From Octopus bimaculoides (Eukaryota), in the NCBI RefSeq assembly GCF_001194135.2, contig NC_068991.1:39849221-39890424 (forward strand): 41,204 nucleotides of DNA, in the 5' to 3' direction. Positions within the stretch are counted from its first letter, which is position 1. Each line of letters begins with the position of its first letter. The position numbers and the translations under genes were made by a program. Below, piece by piece: positions 36,330-41,204 of the stretch. A model generated the notes under the pieces. That model did not search any database. It saw only the letters and a program-made list of their open reading frames with translations, and was not told where the DNA came from.

Positions 36330-36730
36330 TTATAAAATCAAGGTTGCAACTAAGGGAGAAAGCGTAAGGATTCTTTGAGACTTTCCAGTACATACAGATT
36401 GGACTATCAAAGATAATAAACCAGATATTGTTGTGAAAGGCCAAAGCAATAAAATCTGTTCATTGATTGATATGAGCATACCTTGTGAACATAATATCTC
36501 GGCAAAAGTATTTGATAAGCTCAGAAAATATAAAGATTTGCTAATTGAAATCGAAAAAAAATATGGTATCTCAAGCTGGTTACAATACCAGTGATTGTAG
36601 GAGCACTTGGAATGATCAACAAGGAACTGAGAATTATTTGAGGATGATCCTTGGTCTACCATCCATGCAGGAAGTGCAAAAAGTTGTCTTAACTAGTATG
36701 TCACATGTATTGAGAAGAGCATGGTCGATG
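36330..36730 (+). pseudogene. C-terminal restriction-like endonuclease (RLE) of an R2-group non-LTR element (R4/Dong-like)
   Basis: VRIL*DFPVHTDWTIKDNKPDIVVKGQSNKICSLIDMSIPCEHNISAKVFDKLRKYKDLLIEIEK..VTIPVIVGALG: the PD..D and K.KY..L motifs. Confidence 0.88.
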
Positions 36731-36964
36731 GGAATTTTCTTTCCTTTCCCCCATCATTTTCTTATTCTTTTTTTCTCCATTTTTTCCCTTCTTTCCTCTG
36801 TTTTTCTTCCTCTTTCTTTTTATATCTCATAACTTTGAAAATGAACAATCTAGTGTGTTTATTCTAATGGCCTACCAATTTATGCAGTCAGTTTCTTTGA
36901 CCCAGGTGTTGGGAAGACACTCGGCAAGAAATGGAAACGAAATTGAAAAAAGGTAATGATAAAT

Positions 36965-37153
36965 AAGACAGTCGAGGCCAGGCAAAATGCTTAGCGGCAT
37001 TTCGTCCGTCTTTACGTTCTGAGTTCAAATTCCGCCGAGGTCGACTCTGCCTTTCATCCTTTCATCCTTTCATCCTTTCATTCTGGGTTCGATTACATCG
37101 ATTTACCCCTTTCCCTCCTCTGAAATGAATGGTCTTATGCCGAAATTTGAAAC
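36965..37153 (+). mobile_element. SINE family B with internal TTTCATCC expansion
   Basis: Family B motifs; about four tandem (T)TTCATCC-like units at ~37051-37085. Confidence 0.85.
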
Positions 37154-37159
37154 TATTAT

Positions 37160-37443
37160 TTTATTCAATGAACCCTCATCTTATTTTGCCGGGTATGATG
37201 GAAAGAGTCAGTTGCTCATAGCCAGCAGAGTAAGATGACACTTGTTTACTGATTATGCTTCAAAAACCCAGAAGAGAACTTTTACAGTTAAAAGCAATAC
37301 TGATTTTAATAGGTGTTCTATTTTTACATTTGTACCAATCTTTTCGAGTCACGTTGGTAGTTGAGTGCCGATACTCCCAAGCGCGCAAATCACTATTGGT
37401 ATCACGTCTATTCTCTTCATTGCCCACAACCTGTGTATTTCCC
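37160..37443 (-). mobile_element. 3' end of a second R4/Dong-like RLE element
   Basis: REIHRLWAMKRIDVIPIVICALGSIGTQLPT*LEKIGTNVKIEHLLKSVLL; short 3' UTR ending in AATAAAATAAT. Confidence 0.8.
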
Positions 37444-37504
<61 letters not shown>

Positions 37505-37543
37505 GTTGTTGTTGTTGTTGTTGTTGTTATTATTATTATTATT

Positions 37544-37757
37544 AAGGCAGTGAGCTGTCAAAATCGTTAGCACGCCGGACTAAATGCGAAGCGGTATTTC
37601 TTCTGCCGCTACGTTCTGAGTTCGAATTCCACCGAGGTTGACTTTGCCTTTCATCCTTTCGGAGTCGATAAAATAAGTACCAGTTGAACACTAGAGTTGA
37701 TGTAATCGACTAGTGCCCTCCCCCAAAATGGCTGTCCTTGTAGCAAAATTTGAAACC
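37544..37757 (+). mobile_element. Full-length SINE family B embedded in a (TTA)n/(TTG)n tract
   Basis: AAGGCAGTGAGCTGTCAAAATCGTTAG...GAGTTCGAATTCC...AAAATTTGAAACC with TTA repeats on both sides. Confidence 0.92.
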
Positions 37758-37800
37758 ATTACTATTATTATTATTATTATTATTGTTGTTGTTGTTGTTG

Positions 37801-37995
37801 TCTATGCACAGCTTCTAACGCTAAAGAACTAAGATAACACTCCTTATTTTTCGAGCACCATTAGGAGTATTCGAGCAGTTCCAAGCAGTGCTGTTTTCTG
37901 CAAGTTCTCCACCCTTATTGCAGCCCCTATTTGTTCCATGTACATCTCAAGATTTTTACTCACTGTTCCCGGGGCTCCGAAAATTATTGATATAA
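37801..37995 (-). mobile_element. 3' end of a third R4/Dong-like RLE element
   Basis: ISIIFGAPGTVSKNLEMYMEQIGAAIRVENLQKTALLGTARILLMVLEK*; 3' UTR runs into (CAA)n(TAA)n. Confidence 0.82.
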
Positions 37996-39339
37996 AGTTG
38001 TCAAGAAAGTTCTTGCGGAATTCTTTTTTTTTTTTTTGGGTTTTAAATGATGTATTTTCAAATTAATTTTCGTTAAATTATTTTGACTTTATATATCATT
38101 TTAAAGCCCGTTTTTTGCTCTATCTAATTGTGTTACTCTTTTTCTTTTTGAATAACTAGGCCATTTTTAACCTTTCTATGTCAAATTTTGGGTAGTGAAT
38201 CTTAAATTCCGTCATTATTTTTTCTTTCTTTCTAGTTTGCTTAGTTCATTTAGTGTCCAATTAAGAATATTGTAACTGTAACCTATAACTGGGACAGCTA
38301 GAGTGTTGATACTTTTTATCCTGCTATTCGCACTAAGCTCTGTTTTAAGCATTAACTCGTCTATCATCATCATCATCATCAGCATTATTATTATTATTAT
38401 ATTTTATTTCATTCTTATGATCTTTAACAAGACACAAGAAGAGTAGTAGTATTAGGATTACGATTGAAACTAAAATATTCGATTTTGCTTTAAAGTACTC
38501 TGTTTAGAAGTTTGTTACATTTTCTTGATGAGTGACGGCGAATATAACCAATAGTCACAGATCATGTGATTGCCTAAGTTCTTGTTTAGGACAAGTCAGA
38601 CCTAACCGAGCAGCCTTATGACAAAAGGCATTCCATCCACGACTATCCCAACTTTTCCGGCATAGTGTAGCTCAGACTATATTATGCAAGTGCACTGTTT
38701 TAACACGAAGGACTGTGATATAAAGGTTTGGCTGCTTTCTCTAGGAGACCGAATGACCACACAGATACTTTCTCGCTAGCTCGAGTTTGCCTGGGTAGCC
38801 AATGATGGTGTAAACGTAATAGTGTAATTATAGTAATATTGTAATTTTGATAGCAGACTATTCTCTCTCAGTTTTTGGCTTTGTCTTTCCCTGTTTTCTT
38901 TTTTATTTCTTTGTCTTTCTGTCGGCTCTTCTCTTGCTCTAAACCCCACTTATTCTATTTTCCTCTCGTCTGTTTACTGACTGCTCTAGGTTTGGCAAAT
39001 GAATCGTTCTTTATGTCTTTCTCGTGGGTCATTTTACAACGTTCTATTCACATCCATAGGCAAAAACTTGGACGTCAATATTTGTCAGTATCACTCCTCC
39101 TTCACCAATAAGATAGATAGGACACATAACTTAATGTATTCACAAAAATATATATATAATGATAAAATAAATAAATGATAATCATCAAAGGACAGTATGA
39201 TCATAGCTGGAATGTCTTTGATTATTAGAACGTCAAAGTTGACCTTAGGCTAAACAACGACCTTAGGCTAAACAACGACGGCCTCTGTCGCGGTTGCACT
39301 ACCAACAGTGTGGCAACTGTTTGCCGAACAATTATTTTA

Positions 39340-39800
39340 AGCAATGGAACTTCTACAAATTCTGTTTTGCAAGTCATTTACTTACACTGTTTTGCAAACA
39401 TCAATTAATTCCATTTCTCTATTCTTTGAATAGAGAAATTTGTACAAAAAGAGAATAATTAATCCCATCCTTTACAAATGCAATGCATGGATATCAATTG
39501 TTCTCTTAACAGTTGCTTATTTTATAGGAACTCGTTAGTTCTGTATCCTTTACAATGGATTTCATGAAGTGTTTCGCGATGTAATTTTACGTTATATTAT
39601 CTTATCGTAATGTCCAAAGATCATTTTATGCTGTAGAATCTTAGTCTGGCTGCTCTACAGAATTGTATTTGCCTGTCCTGTGTATTTTCACAAAGGCTAC
39701 TTGAAATATATAAATGGCAGTAGTAGCATACAAAGCTTTCTTTCAAACTTTTGGCTTGGAAGATTATCCTTATTTTTGACATCTCGAAGTCTCCCTTCAT
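39340..39800 (-). mobile_element. Strongly decayed Penelope-like GIY-YIG remnant
   Basis: Across frameshifts: KIRIIF, KKALYATT, IYIFQ, CEN, YTGQ, ILQH, IAKHF and CKTEFV, in the order I recall for PLE endonucleases. Confidence 0.5.
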
Positions 39801-40036
39801 CGTTAGATCGAGTATGTTGTAAGTAGACATCGTATGAAAGGAGTTGTACTCCCAAGGCGAATTAAGAATGAATTTACACATAATTATTTTGATTATCACT
39901 GTTTTATGCGACCATAATTATTTAATATTAACTTGCCAGACATTAATTAGTACGTATCAGTAAATGATTTGTTTGATGGAGTCTATAAAGAAGACCCACG
40001 AATCTTGTTTAGATTTAGTTATTCGAAGGTAGTTTT

Positions 40037-40082
40037 GACCGACTGAAGAGACACGATTAAGTCGAAACACTGGTGTTTCAAT
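40037..40082 (+). ncRNA. Hammerhead ribozyme motif with intact catalytic core
   Basis: CCGA CUGAAGA GAC ACGAUUAA GUC GAA ACAC UG GUGU U UCAA: core at 40043-40049 and 40064-40067; stem II 3 bp; stem III 4 bp; GUU triplet; stem I only 2 bp. Confidence 0.6.
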
Positions 40083-41204
40083 GTTCTCTCACATCACTGA
40101 ATTGAATATGTTGTGTATGTTGTCAATAGACATCGTCAGAAAGGAGAAGTTGTTCTCCGAAGGCGAAATATAACATCGATTAGCTTATTCCCGTTCAAAT
40201 CTCCTGGAACACATTAAAAATAAATGTACACATCTTGTTGTTTTGATTCTCATTGTTTTACTTGCTCATAATCACTTGTTGAAATATATTACTGTTAACT
40301 TACTTCTTATCAATGATATTTACACTTTTAATATTATATTTTACGAATTTAAATAATATTACCATATGTCCATTTGGCCTTTTCTTGTCCGTTTAAATCT
40401 AAAGGGGAAAATCTGAAATAAACTCCAATCACAGATATTGCTGATTGATTGAGGAAGATTTAAATTTTGCATCTTTCCTCGCTCTACAGTAACTGCTCAA
40501 ACAGAAGATTTAGCACAAAACAACACTGATGCTGGATGAGGTGGTGATGTTACTGCGAGACTCTCGGTTCAAAAGGAAAGAAAAAAGAAAAAGGAAAAAC
40601 AGCTACCACTGGTCTTAGATTAATCTTTTCAACCTTTAGACACACATCCAAAATGCTAAAATGCTTTTACATTATTTCAGCTCAAATTTGTATATTGATT
40701 GCTAAGAACTATTTTGAGTTAAAACCTTCAATTACACACAGAATAACAATAACAACAACATTAACAACAACGTCAAAAAGTCGATAAAAGATAAAAACGA
40801 ACAAAACAAAACAAACAACAAGCGGAAAGAAGCAAAGCTCAATTCTATATATGAGAAAAGTCAATTTTATCGAGAACTTCAAATCAGTACACCATTGAAA
40901 ATGTCAGTGTAACCTATCTGGAAGGAATTTCACTTTAGGAAATAAAATAAAAAGAAAATAATGAAGAAAGAAAAAAGAAAGACAAAGAAGAAAAGGGAGA
41001 AGAATTATAATTGAAGTTGTACAGAAGCTGTAATACAGCTCTTAGCAAAGACATCAAGCTTGTTTGATTTGTTCAGTGGTTTCATATCTGCGGAGCTAAT
41101 ATCGACGACTTTACATGCAGAAAGTGGGGAAACACTGACAAACCTTGAAATCGAACACGCAATATGGTTTCCATTTCTTTTTCTTTTTGTGTTCAATTTA
41201 ATTA

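Overview
AT-rich eukaryotic genomic DNA with nine N-gaps, all flanked by microsatellites or low-complexity runs. The SINE families look like those I recall from Octopus, so a cephalopod intron or intergenic region is my inference, not a database result. No intact host gene, tRNA, rRNA or CRISPR array is supported, and most ORF-track entries are microsatellite artefacts. The window is a transposon graveyard. It holds two Penelope-like (GIY-YIG) remnants, a decayed Ty3/Gypsy gag-pol split by a full-length mariner, three further Tc1/mariner relics, a MITE with 63-bp TIRs, a non-autonomous Helitron, three R4/Dong-type endonuclease tails, a CCHC ORF1 relic, a probable CR1-group LINE tail and over 20 tRNA-derived SINE copies or fragments. 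The best candidates for something new are three minimal hammerhead-ribozyme motifs (19373+, 26914-, 40037+). One of them forms the 3' module of a tRNA-headed short element, which suggests a Pol III-driven, ribozyme-bearing SINE.
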